Below, in pieces: positions 13,032 to 25,655 of a DNA stretch of 64,000 nt; the stretch's first letter is position 1, and every line of letters begins with the position of its first letter. The notes beneath the pieces were generated by a model. It was not told the DNA's origin. It worked only from the letters and a program-made list of their open reading frames with translations, and made no database searches. Source of the stretch: Tubiluchus corallicola (Eukaryota > Animalia > Priapulida); assembly GCA_030141605.1 (NCBI GenBank), contig JAQGDQ010000214.1, positions 248,001-312,000 on the forward strand, in the 5' to 3' direction. The position numbers and the translations under genes are program-made.

Positions 13032-14340
13032 GTTATATAGCTTTTTTAAATTAGCAATACAGATATTCCATTTTTGGTCTAGTGATCAAATAGTACTAGC
13101 TTACTAGTTTCTGTTAGCATTTCCTAATTGTTCCTATACGTGGTACACTATGAAATTGATTTGCATAGAATATCTTTGTTTTGCTGTGCGTTTATGCCTC
13201 CAAGACAGTCTAGAAGACTTTTGTTCTGTGTAGAGAACAGGCAGAACCTGCAATAATTGAATATCTTGGCGTCTCTTTTGCTGGTAATGATACCTTACTT
13301 ATGTCTGTCTATATAGCTAGCGCGTGTTAGACGCGTGCGTACCGTCTCTCGGCGCGGTTTCACGCACTCTGCCACGAGGCGCGTTAACATAATAAATAAC
13401 ACCTGTACAAGTTTATAGGCTTAAATGTATTTAATGTAAAATATAAAAGATGGGATATATTTGTACAGTGAGCGAGAGCTAAAATCTGAAAGATTCAACA
13501 GTTCCGTAAGTCGAAAAATGATCGTATATTTGATTCATGCAATAAATTTTCATTATTATTTGGTGGACGTGTATAATTATGAAATTTGCGACAGTATGCA
13601 ATCATATTCAAATCACTTTAAACATTAACAAAAACGTGTCATGCAATTCACTATTGTAATTTTTCAGTTAAAAGAGATTTTTACGTTTACGTTTAGTTTA
13701 AACATATATTATATAAAAAAACATTATTTGCCGTTTACGACAAACTAACTGATTACGTACGAGATACATCTTTTTATGCAATAACGTATAATTACGATAA
13801 TCTATGTGAAAAATAATACTGCGTAAATATGTCAGAATTTTTTATTTTATTTTCTATTTTTTTAACCTTTTGTTTGCATAGCAGCTAAATAAATTACTTA
13901 TAATTTATATTTTCTAAAATTATCTTGTAAAATGCTAATTATTATTGGTTAGGTTTTTGGACGAAGTACGTGCTTATCTACAAAGTACAACAAATTAACT
14001 GTAAGCAAAAATGCATTTATAGAAACATATATAATTACGGCAAATTCTTTCTACTAAATTATATACTGATAGTTGTTATATGAATAATCAGGTAACAACG
14101 GTCATGTTTTATAAGATTGTAACTATTTCTCGTATAATTGTGTTAGAAACCTAGCTTACCTCTCTTGCAAACAAGTTTTGTAAATATTTTATTTCACGGT
14201 TTCATGACGCCAAAGTTGTCCAATCACAGTCAGTATTAAACGCAAAAGAGTTAAGTAGTTTTAGTCAAATAGCAGAATCTTGTGTTTGTGACGTAGTCAT
14301 TCTAGTTAGTTACTACAATCTTACTGTCAAAATTATTTTG

Positions 14341-14738
14341 AATGAAGGGCAAACCAACAACTAATTAAGTTTTGAAACCAAACTTGAAAGATTGTAAACG
14401 TGAAAAAGTTATCCAGTCTAGACTTGTACTATGGACCATCTATTTACAAGGCAGGCGCCTTGAGCTTTATTCTAATCAGTTAAAGTCACGCTAGACTGTC
14501 GCTAGTGTGAGTTACCTAACATTGGAATGCTGAATTTGGTTGGTCTCCTATAAGGGTAGAACTTTGGATTGCATTGATCACTGGGGAAGACGGTTGTCTA
14601 GTGGTCCGAGGCGTTTGCGTTGTACAGAGAAGGTCTATGGTTCATATCCATGCTGTATTCTGTATTCCACATTCTCACATTTCCTGCCTTTTAAGTTTGG
14701 TATTAAACTTAATTAATCGTGAATTCGTGTCGTCATTT
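14341..14738. mobile_element. Inverted-repeat element with two divergent tRNA-Thr(TGT)-derived arms; homologous to 9781-10000
   Basis: Minus arm 14410-14465 (aaggcgcctgccttgtaaatagatggtccatagtacaagtc) and plus arm 14593-14661 (tgtctagtggtccgaggcgtttgcgttgtacagagaaggtctatggttcatatcc), each followed by the same tail (catttcctg-cttt-aagtttgg...aaacttaatta...tcatt). Confidence 0.65.
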
Positions 14739-14789
14739 CTACTTGTATATAAACCTGCTGCACTGGCCCATACCCTAAAACAGTTAAGT

Positions 14790-14892
14790 AAATGAGTGAA
14801 TGAATCAACGAACGAACGAATGAAATAATGGGTGAATGAACGAATGAATGAATGAATTATGAGCGAATGAATGAACGAATGACTGAATGAAC
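14790..14892. repeat. Degenerate (GAAT)n tetranucleotide repeat
   Basis: Direct reading. Confidence 0.8.
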
Positions 14893-16323
14893 GACACCTA
14901 TAAGTTCTTAAGCGAGTGAGTGAGTAAATGAGCGACACAAATAAACAAACAAAGAAACAACCCCTCTTGATCTTCGATGAATATGAACGTGAACATGAAG
15001 GAACATGAACATATTACTGTTGAGAACAACATTATTTAATTCTGCCTGTACAGTATACCTGAGCCAAATTTAATCATACACCAGCTTCTTGTTCAACACG
15101 ACGAATCTATTTCTCCCGTTGTTTTATCGCCAGGTTTTTAGAAAGCGTACAATCCATCTTTGTATCACTTTACATCGCTTAAGCTTTGTACGGTCAATTT
15201 TATCATGTCTTGGTGAAAAACGACCCACTGATATGACACAAACGACTCCTGGTAGCATTTTTCTGGTGGTATCTATTGTCAGAGTACCAGCTGACGACTC
15301 GACTAGTCTTTTTTACGTGCAGGTGCTTCTGCGACATGAGTAATGATAATACGATGGGTCGGTGAATAGGATCACTACGTATGTATTTTCGTCATCTGTC
15401 TGACAAGGTTAAAACCGCTTTAAATGATTTTGACGATCCAGTCCACTGGAATGGGTATAACCAAATGCGCTGTACCCGTGTTTTCCAATAAAACGCCTGG
15501 AGTTACAGTCCTACAGAACTTCTCAAAGTATTGTTGGTACAGTAATTCAGTTATTGTGGATATCTAACCTAACAGTTAGATAGTTGGGTGAAGTTTGGAA
15601 TCTAGACCAAAAGTATGGTCTATTTAAGTTGGATACTTATAAAATGGTTCTACTTACATGCTGTCGATTGGTTTTCCAGGAGAGTAATCCGTCTTTGTAA
15701 TACAAGTTTCAGAAATTTTAATTTTCGACTTTTCAAAGTTTTTGCTACTTTTAAGTGTATTTACATCATATTTAGCGCCTGGCGTGTTTGACTAACTGTT
15801 TCAACTTGTGGTTTTAATTCATGATTTGCCATTTATATATTACTGTTTATTTAGACATCTTACCAGATGACGTCAGGTTTGTTATTTTGTTTTGTTATCG
15901 CTTCTCGTATACGTTAAAATCTTAGAAAATTGAAAATCTTAAAAATGGTGATAAGTTAGTCCAGTTCAAACAACAGGCAACACTGGCAGGGCGTAATTGA
16001 CATTTTTCTTGCAGATTTTGGAGTCAACAATTAAACCCATTGTCGGGTCCTCGTTAATCTGCATAAAGCACTACTGAAAAACGTCTTAGACTTTAGAAAC
16101 TTTTGAACAAGTTTAATATCGTACCTAAGCGAACTGGTTCTTACTTCAATTAGCGGCTCCTTTGATGTATGTAATTACCTTTTAATTTGTAGCTGGCTTG
16201 TTCTGTTGCCACAGTTATGATTTATTACATCATTGAAGTTAGACAGCGCATTATAGGGTTTTTAGCGTAGAAACTTTCCGAAACAAATTTGCAATACACC
16301 TTTCAAGCTTGTGTTCACGTAGG

Positions 16324-16903
16324 CCATAGTCGTTGTAGCTGCCTTTATTGTTGCTGCTGTTGCTGCTGTTATTGTTCCTGCTATAGTCGTTGCAGCTGCG
16401 ATTATTGTTGCTGCTGTTGCTGCAGTTATTGTTACTGCTATAGTCGTTGTAGCTGCGATTATTGTTGCTGCTGTTGCTGCTGTTATTGTTCCTGCTATAG
16501 TCGTTGCAGCTGCGCTTATTGTTGCTGCTGTTGCTGCAGTTATTGTTCCTGCTATAGTCGTTGTAGCTGCGATTATTGTTGCTGCTGTTATTGTTCCTGC
16601 TATAGTCGTTGTAGCTGCGATTATTGTTGCTGCTGTTATTGTTACTGCTATAGTCGTTGTAGCTGCGATTATTGTTGCTGCTGTTGCTGCAGTTATTGTT
16701 ACTGCTATAGTCGTTGTAGCTGCGATTATTGTTGCTGCTGTTGCTGCTGTTATTGTTCCTGCTATAGTCGTTGCAGCTGCGCTTATTGTTGCTGCTGTTG
16801 CTGCAGTTATTGTTCCTGCTATAGTCGTTGCAGCTGCGTTTATTGCTGCTGCTGTTGTTGTTTTTGCTATAGTCGTTGCTGCTGCTGTTGCTTCTGCTAC
16901 TGC
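16324..16903. repeat. Minisatellite of about 10 units, 57-bp and 48-bp variants (ctatagtcgttgyagctgcgattattgttgctgctgttgctgcwgttattgttmctg)
   Basis: Unit starts at 16381, 16438, 16495, 16552 (57-bp period), 16600, 16648 (48-bp steps), 16705, 16762, 16819. Confidence 0.95.
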
Positions 16904-17654
16904 TAATGATTTTATAATAGCCACTGTTTGCTGTTCTTAGGTCTTTCGTGCGTTTTGCTTTATGAAAACAAGTTTGAAAAAGAATACGTAAAATAAAAAA
17001 AATCGATAAAAAATATTAAAGATTTTCTCAAAATTATCCTAAAATGTTTTAAAAACCGTTTTAGGCACTCAAAATTCTGATCATATACTGCGAAGGCGGG
17101 GACCAGCCGGCACAGGCCATAAATTTTCCTGTCAGTTTGTGAGGAAAAATCCGTGACATGTCGTTATGCTGCCACGCGTTCAGGATTCTCAAACACCAGC
17201 CCAATAGCAAGCACAACGTATCTAGTCTCTTGAAAATTAATTGGCAATAATACGCACCGTAGCTTGTTAATCCGACAAAATAAATCCCGAAAAATTGGCA
17301 CTAAATCGGCAATAAAGCTTGCGCCGAACACATGAAATGTGACAAGCCTGAACATTACTGAGAGTTATGATTATATTCAGCGCTAAGAATACTCTCCCAT
17401 AGACAATGTTAGAAGTTTGGAGCAGAGAATAACACTTTTAAATGTTTAAGTTATTAATACTGTTTCTATCTTATATTAGTTTTATGAGAGCTATGACGGT
17501 GTTTAGGACTCAGGAACTTACGTGATCATGGAAATGAAAATGTAAAAAAATTTTGTGGGACAAAAACTATGTCTACATCCATGCAACAGATTAAGTAGGT
17601 CGACTTGGTTGGGTTTTTATAGCAAGATTAAGTAAATATTGTGAATCACACTTG

Positions 17655-17878
17655 GTTTTAATTCAGTCTTTTTTGTTTACTATTACTATGTTAAGGCAAT
17701 AATTTTTGATATTACAGCACTTAAGCAAAACTACAAAATTTATTAATTCTCTTTTGATTATTTTTGAGAGTCAATAACAGTGGATACGCTCAATTTGCAG
17801 TATTTTTTTCATTATAGGCTTATTTTTGATCATAATTTTGATCAAATTTTGTAAAGCAGCCTCACAACACGTTGCAGT
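17655..17878 (-). mobile_element. Dispersed repeat fragment, inverted copy of 42035-42240
   Basis: tttactattactatgttaaggcaataatttttgatattacagcacttaagcaaaac...ttttgatcaaattttgtaaagcagc is the reverse complement of the 42035-42240 segment. Confidence 0.8.
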
Positions 17879-18709
17879 CGACAAATATTATCGATACCGA
17901 ATCAAATCTTATCAAATTTGAAGTTAAAGTTATCAGTTCAGTACATGTCGGCTTTAATTAGTAAAGATCGGTGCTGATTCGGCACATTTCTTATTTGCTT
18001 AGAACATGGAGCTCCAGAATTGGATGCAATATTGACACGTCGTTATTTAGGACGTATTTGCTTTTTAGTGACGTGTTCACAAAGAGTGCCAGCAGCCAAA
18101 TTGTTGACTACTATACACTTTTATCAACATAGAGCGACAAGGCACGAAGCCCGTTTGTATATAGGCTGGCTTCACATCATACCAATTAGCGTAAACTACA
18201 TGCCAGAATAAAGAATTGGGTGTCTCTGCAGCAAGCAGAGATTATGTAGTTTAGTTATTAATTAGAGAGTAGATAATCATGGTCATTTGTAAGTTGCGTC
18301 AGGCGGAAGGTGGCGGCAGAACAAGACGAAATTACTGGTTGTGCTGAGAATCTCCTACTTCCCGAGGGTTGAGAAAGCAGGATATCATTATGGAAGGGGC
18401 GTAATACATCGCGGCAACCCGCTAATCAAACTGCAAGATATTCATTCAGGGAACTTGATATTTCTAACTAGAAGGATAGACCTATATCTATAATGTTCTG
18501 CATATTTTGTTTTACTTTTGTACTGTCAAGGAGGTACCGATGCCCGTTTTTAACGAATCAATTCAAAAACGAGTTTTTAACATTGTTGTTTCTCATAACC
18601 TTAGGCCTTCATCCATTTAAAAGTTTAACAAAACAAACTAAGTTTAGTGTTTTTACTAAAATCTTCCCTAGAAATATAGAAGGATTGTAAATAACTTTTT
18701 TAAATAAAA

Positions 18710-18711
<2 letters not shown>

Positions 18712-18779
<68 letters not shown>

Positions 18780-18780
18780 C

Positions 18781-18848
<68 letters not shown>

Positions 18849-18849
18849 G

Positions 18850-18918
<69 letters not shown>
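18712..18918. repeat. Compound (ATT)n(GTT)n(ATT)n(ATC)n(ATT)n microsatellite
   Basis: Direct reading. Confidence 0.95.
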
Positions 18919-18920
<2 letters not shown>

Positions 18921-20369
18921 ACACTGTTGGGCACGTATTGGTTAAAAATCAAAATCGACTTTTGTTACGACATAGCTAAGTAATCCGCTGCAGATAAAAC
19001 CGTCAAAGGGCCTTGATCAAAAATTACGAAAAAGAGACAACTCCAGTGGGTAAAGCGGCTTGAAATAAATTCCCCGTACATCTTCCTAAAGGACATATCC
19101 TAACTAAAGGTAGAGAAAGTCACAGGTTGTACCAAAAATTAATTACTTGGAAAATGGTCCGCCTTATTCACATGATTTTTTCACTTCGTCTCTAAATATT
19201 ATTGTGTCATTTCGCGATAGATAAGATAGACATCCCTGAATTTCTCTTTACCTTTAGACGGCTGCAAAAGAAGACAATAATAATGGTGTAGCAGCCGTTT
19301 GCTCTGAGATTAAGAAATGTTCGGGCAGGCAATGGCATTTTGCTCCTGCGTATTTATTTATTTTTGTCCACTGCTTTGTGTTGTTGGTTCACATGTACGA
19401 AGACCAAACGAAGTATACCATTTCCATCCCGCGAATACCAAACTAAACTGAAAGCAGATTTGCCCCCGGCCAAATCCCCGGAGTTTACGTAAACTTACTA
19501 TATTGCCGAAAAGGGTGCACCACTCGTTATACATTTCTCCTCATATTAAGTTCTTGTAAAACTGTTCATAGTTTATCGCATGTTATTGCAGTGGTGACTA
19601 GAATTAAGAATTTATTATTGGCATATGCATTATACTACAATGACATACATACAACAAAAGAACAATAAAATACAAGTACAAAACTATAAGTCTGTAATAC
19701 ATAATGATAAAAAATTTCATTTTTAGTCCCTAGTTTACTACGCCTGACTATTTTGCTCAACATGTTTTAACTCCAATGTATCCTGGCATTTTCTAAGCAG
19801 ACCCCCTCGCCATATAAAAATAATTTCACATTTGTAGATAAAGAAAGTTAGTTAAACCACATATTATACTGCCAGTGAACAAATAAAACTATAAATAAGC
19901 CTTTGAGTCAGTGTATAAAATGCGTATGTAAGTGAAACCAATGATAATTGTTAGCATAAAATTCATTGACTCCACCGCTCGTGTTTATATTTATGAAAAT
20001 GTGGATTTGTTTTGCCGATTTCGTAAATTGAAATTGGAACTTTTGGTAAAAAGATGTTAGGAAAAAAATCAAGTACTCAGTATATGCATAACCAATGTGC
20101 TAGAATCATTCGTTAAGTAAATAAATATTTAACAAAGTTAACAAATAAAAATAATTCATTAGAATTTATGTATTCAACGCACAAATGAAATGAAATGACA
20201 TTTTGTAATGATTTTTATTTGCCTCTATTCTCGGGTTGTGTTATAATTTAATTGCATTCCAGTATTCTGTATTCAACTTCTATAAGAAGGGCCACTCATC
20301 CGCAGTTTTAGACATTTACAAATGAAACAACAATCAACCCTGCACTTCTCTCTCATTTTCTATGTGTTT

Positions 20370-20595
<226 letters not shown>

Positions 20596-21214
20596 ATTCC
20601 AATTAACATTTTTGTACAAATAACAGCACAGAATAAATGCCAGCATGGTGATTTGCATGTAGCGTGCATGTGTATCGGGTACTATGTTTGGACAGGTGTC
20701 GCCCACGTCGGTCAAAGCGTTTTCCCCTTCCTTGTGATCAGCACGACCAGTCGACCACCACCATGCCTCCACGGGTCTTCTCTACCTCTGTCATCCCTGG
20801 ACCAACCTCCTAACAGCAAGCGGCGAGCAACTTCCGGTAGCCGGACGCTGAGAACCCAATTAATTTGTGTGGATTCTAGCAAATGATTTTTATAAAGACG
20901 ATTTATTGAAACAACACACATTAACTTAATTTTCGTGTCAAATTGTTTGTTACCCCTGCACTATCATGTAAAAAAAGCAATATGGTTAGCAGATATTTAG
21001 CAAAGTAATATGTAGTTAAACTCCCAGAACACTTCCCATGGAACTGTTTTAATAAATTATTATCCTTCGAAAGGACAAAAAGGACAAAAGCCTTCGTGTA
21101 GATTTGCTGAATTATGTTACTATAATTATGTGAGTGTCACTGTGGTAAAAGATAAAAACTTATGGACAAAAAATTTGTGTGGCTTGAAGAATATTAACCA
21201 AGGCTTTTTTCACT

Positions 21215-21288
21215 AGACGACGATGAGGGCGACGATGATAACGATGACGATGATGATGATGATGATGATGATGACGATGATGACGATA
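21215..21288. repeat. (GAT/GAC)n microsatellite
   Basis: Direct reading. Confidence 0.85.
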
Positions 21289-21550
21289 AAGGAAAGAAAC
21301 TGAAAAATTTGAACTAAATGATTCGCTGCTGTGCTATAAACGTAGGATTGTCTAGATGAATCAGACTCTTTCTTAGATTCCATAGTGCAAGCGGGTTGTT
21401 GCACCTGATTAATGAACTATAATTAATTACTAATTTACTATTAGAGTTTCTAAGCGTTTCTAATATGTGTGTGTGGTGTATTCTAACACGTGCATGTCAA
21501 GAGTTTGATTTTTACTCTGTGCTGAGTATGTGGCTCAGTCGAAGGCGCAC

Positions 21551-21664
21551 TAGGGCCATGATATCCGATTATAAAAAATCTGGTTACAACCAGTTTTTTG
21601 CAATCGAATGGTAAAAAAAATTTGTTATAACCAGATTTTTTTACAATCGGATATTATGGCCCTA
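21551..21664. mobile_element. Short hairpin MITE (~112 bp) with ~38-bp TIRs, GGGCC termini flanked by TA (Tourist/Harbinger-like)
   Basis: ta-gggccatgatatccgattataaaaaatctggttacaac ... gttataaccagatttttttacaatcggatattatggccc-ta. Confidence 0.85.
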
Positions 21665-24662
21665 ATACGTTCTCGTAGGCTCTGTGTAAGAATCTAGCGA
21701 CAATCCAAATTCCACAATGATTCGTGAATAAGCGTTTCAATGAGGTGAAAATGCAAAACAAAATCAAGTCGAATTACTAAACTGGTATTAGACAAATCGG
21801 GATCATCAGTAACTACAGTTGTTTAGCATTTTATAGCGGTGGCTCGGAGGACATGGATGGCGATTAGCAAGCCCTCCAGATTTACTACTGCTGTTTTAGC
21901 GACGGCTGTTCTTTGTCCATGCCACGCGGCCCTTGTGAAATTTATTCAGGAGTCAGTTTGCACTGTCTGGTAGCTATTTTAAAATGATTGCTAACAAAAC
22001 GGACACGTGTTGGTGAAGCTGTTGAATAAATCATGAGGTAAGGAATATAGGTGGATGATGGGTTTATCTAAGTTGTAAAATGACAAGCCCTCGGGCAGAC
22101 AAGACTCTAGACAATAATTTAAATCTACGTATTCCTGTCAGCCTTTCAGTATCCAAGATGAAATGCAACCGGCTTTTTCTGGAATTAAATTAATGTCATA
22201 TTGATTTTCTTCGGGAAAACTAACGGTTGAAGTCTTTATACTGCCAGCGTAGTTTTGCAAATTATTCCTTTACTCATTCAATGGCACGCGCTTGTGATAA
22301 TAGGGCCTAATAAAATGTTTATTTACAATGTTTACATTTCTCACTCGCTTACGTGCATTGCTTTTAATAATTTGTTTTTCTCTACATTATAATTAGTTTT
22401 TTGTTTATTCGTTTATCAGTTTTTAAATTTATTTCACTATTTTCAACTATATGTCTGTGTAAAACGCTCACTTACGCGATTATTACTACTGTTTGTCATT
22501 TGTTTAATTCTTTTGTGTTTTTTGTTGCTGTTGTTGTTAAAGTAGTCACTATTTTTGTATTTTACTTTTAGTTACAAAACATTTTCGTTTTTTCGTAAAC
22601 GTTTTCTTCAGTTGCTTGTTTGGTAGTTTACTTGTTTGCTTTTCGTTTGTTTGCACCTTTAGTTGTACGTATGGTGTATAGAATATGGGGTTAATTAGAC
22701 TAAGTATTGAATTATTTTATAATAATAATTACTTCCTATTACATGTCTTAAACCATTATTAGGAAACAACAAGTTGATCTAAATAATAAACTTACATTTT
22801 GCAAGACTAGCATGAAATATATTATTTAAATTGATTTTTTTTTGCCTAACTGTAGGAGTTTGCATAATTTCTGTTCTTTTTTCCTAATTTCCTGTTGATG
22901 AGAATTTCCTAGTTGTGAACGTTACTTGGTATCCCCAGTACTGTCAGTGTTTGGCCAGTATGGAATGCCCAGTTTGATCATCATCTGTATAAACTAAAAT
23001 TGTTTGTTATTTCAGCAGGTCTTCCCGGGGACTCAGTGCCTCGCCCTTAAAATCTGCATCTCTGTCACTCAAACACACGTAGACCACTTTATAGTAAGCA
23101 GCAAAAATGTTTTAACAATCCCGTTTTCTCTTTGTTTTATACGTTTCAAAAAAGTCGACTCCTTTTTCCCTCTAATTAAATTGTTTTGCTTTTTTGTGCA
23201 GTGCAATATCTCGTCGTTACCTGTCTTTGACATTCGAGTCAGTCGGTAACCCCTTACATCTCAACAAAGACGCTTTTGGGACACCTGATCCAGAAACAAC
23301 GCCACCTGCGCCTAGCCCTCTAATTAGCTTATGTGCTTATGCACGCTTTCTAATAATTTCCATGTATGTTTATACCTTTGTTATTATGTAATTTATTCCA
23401 CTTAGAATTCCTTATGCCTCGTCGCCAATGCGCATGCGCCACTAATATTGTTATCAGACGGAAGTGATCAGAAATAATTATAAGGCGTGGAACTATTTTC
23501 ATATTGTCTATGATTTTGCGTCAGATACTGTCTATGCTTTTGCGTCAAGATTTTATTGAGTGTCAAAATTTATACTACACATAGTAGTATGGCTTGATTA
23601 ACCACAGTCTGAAACTTACATATACACGTTTCCATCATCTTCACATTATGTGATCCGTGACACACGTAGCTGCTCGTGGAAATGTGAAAATATCTTCTGT
23701 TTTCGTTCTTCGAAGCTACTCGTCTGTAACTAACAGCACTAATAGTTAATATTATAAACATTCATTATTGTTAATTCATTTGAAAAATATTAAAAAACTT
23801 TCTTAGAAACCAAATGCGTTCAACGGTGAAAATGGCGTGATAATAAATGTATAAAAATAATTGAAGTCGTCCTATTAACTTATTAGTAAAACATAGTGAT
23901 AAGATAAGTTTTATCGTACGCTTACGTACGCATAACTGCTGTAGATCAAGAGCCTGAGCATAAATCATAATCAGAGTTCCATTAATGTGCACAGAGCATA
24001 TTAACAGTGCGTTTTTTCTTTTTAAATGCACAAGGCCATGTAAAGAGACGGACTTGCAAAAATTGGCCTTACAAAAAATGCATGTAAAAAAGTAACTCTG
24101 TAAAGAGTTCGTCTTGTAAAGGAGTTGCGTTCTTATATCAGTTTGAGTTTACATTATATATACTAGCGACATGTCAATATTCAGAAGAACCCGATTTTTG
24201 TCATGAATTTGTGAAAGTTAAAAGTAGGAACTCCATACATGTTTTGAAGAAGCTGGGCAGTTATATAATAGCTGAAAAAGTTTTGTCTGCTGCAATCTTT
24301 TTAGAAGCCGCAGCACTAAAGCTATCAAATTAAAATCTGCTTTGTTTTCCATTTTGCTATAAGCTTTACCTAACAGAAAATGATTGGTATCATCAAGTTC
24401 TATTCTCGAAACGTCATAACAGCAGTTTTCATCAATACGTAAATTGGTTTGGCTTCATTTTGAGATATGGTTCGGTCTTCGGTACAAATTACTCGTACTC
24501 AATTATAAAAAATCTGTCGCTCGATCGGGTGACAAATACGAGTAACAATCGGTTTCAAACCCGTTTAACTACATGAACTTCCGTGTATCTGTGCCTGGAG
24601 CATTTTGCTTCACTCTTTTGCCTAAGTAAGCAATTAAGGGAGTGTTCCGAGGAGTCCTTCAA

Positions 24663-25655
24663 GTGTGCTTGCATTGCAAAAGCGTCCATCAGTTGGCAAT
24701 TAACACTTTCCACTTATTCACATATGCCGAATCTCTATTTCATGAGGATTATTTTGATACCAAGCTCGCCGCTCTACGTTATTTCTAAGCTGAGATAATC
24801 CACGTTTAAGTTGAGGTGCACGCTATGCACTAAAGTTAGCCATTGTTTTTTACAAAAAAAAATAGCAACCGCGCAAGTGTTGGTTGTTACGGACTTTGCA
24901 AGCACACATTGAAGTTATGCTTAAATCCAGTAGATGGCCATACATAATCAAAAATGAAGATTTATACACCAGAACGAAAGAAATTTATTGGAGTTCAGAA
25001 GTCAAAATCCGAAGATTAGGATGGCCATGACATCTGCTAAGATTACCAAATGAAGCGCCAGTAAGAATCGCCTTAAAAGAAGCCTTAAAATCTTGCAAAA
25101 AAAACCACCTGGTGAACCTAAAACAACTTGGATAGCTGAGATAAATAAAGATGTTCAACAACGTCAACCAAATCTATCTCTAGGAGTAGAAGGACTTACG
25201 CTGTTAGCTGCAGATAGAAGTCGGTGGAATACTCTGATAAGTGTTGATACCTCAATGCCTACAATAGGTGGAATAAGATTTTGGAGAGAATGAAGTAGCA
25301 TGGCCCTTTCTGGCGAAGATCTGCGCTTGGCAACAGAAAATACCCGAAGCAAAATGACTGCTGCCATAAGCTACTATCGGCGTTTGAATGTCCGTTTTTT
25401 TTACAATTGCAGTAATAGTTTCTAGCCAGAGAAGTGGATACAGAGTTATAAAATTAAATTTTTAGTATTTTTTAACATTTTCTTGATAATTTGATGCTGA
25501 AATATAATAGTCCAATGTATTTAGCGTTTGTTTTAATAAAAGACAAAAAATTGACATTTGATCAAATTTTTGGTGCGTTCTACTTTGAAGCATTACATTG
25601 TTTTAACCAGTTTTAACTATGCCGAGCTATGGACGATTTTGGTTTGGAAGCACGC
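24663..25655 (+). mobile_element. MITE family A, copy 3, interrupted by a LINE fragment
   Basis: Same TIRs (gtgtgcttgc...tgccgagctatggacgattttggtttggaagcacgc) and internal blocks as the copies at 185 and 1808. Confidence 0.85.
24940..25293 (+). mobile_element. 5'-truncated non-LTR retrotransposon (RTE-like ORF C-terminus), pseudogenised
   Basis: Reads (WP)YIIKNEDLYTRT..VKIRRLGWP*HLLRLPNEAPVRIAL..[frameshift]PPGEPKTTWIAEINKD..LAADRSRW, matching the post-RT pattern NEELY/RRLxWxGHxxR/GRPxxxW/AxDRxxW; flanked by a near-identical duplication agtagatggcc / agtagcatggcc. Confidence 0.85.

Noticed and set aside
16324-16903. CRISPR-like array
   Set aside because: Units are contiguous near-identical repeats without unique spacers; eukaryotic context and no cas genes.
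20690-20870. Possible decayed LINE C-terminus on the minus strand (RLPEVARRLLLGG...RGR/RPVEAW)
   Set aside because: The resemblance needs an assumed frameshift and is too short to support without a search; it may equally be a regulatory island.
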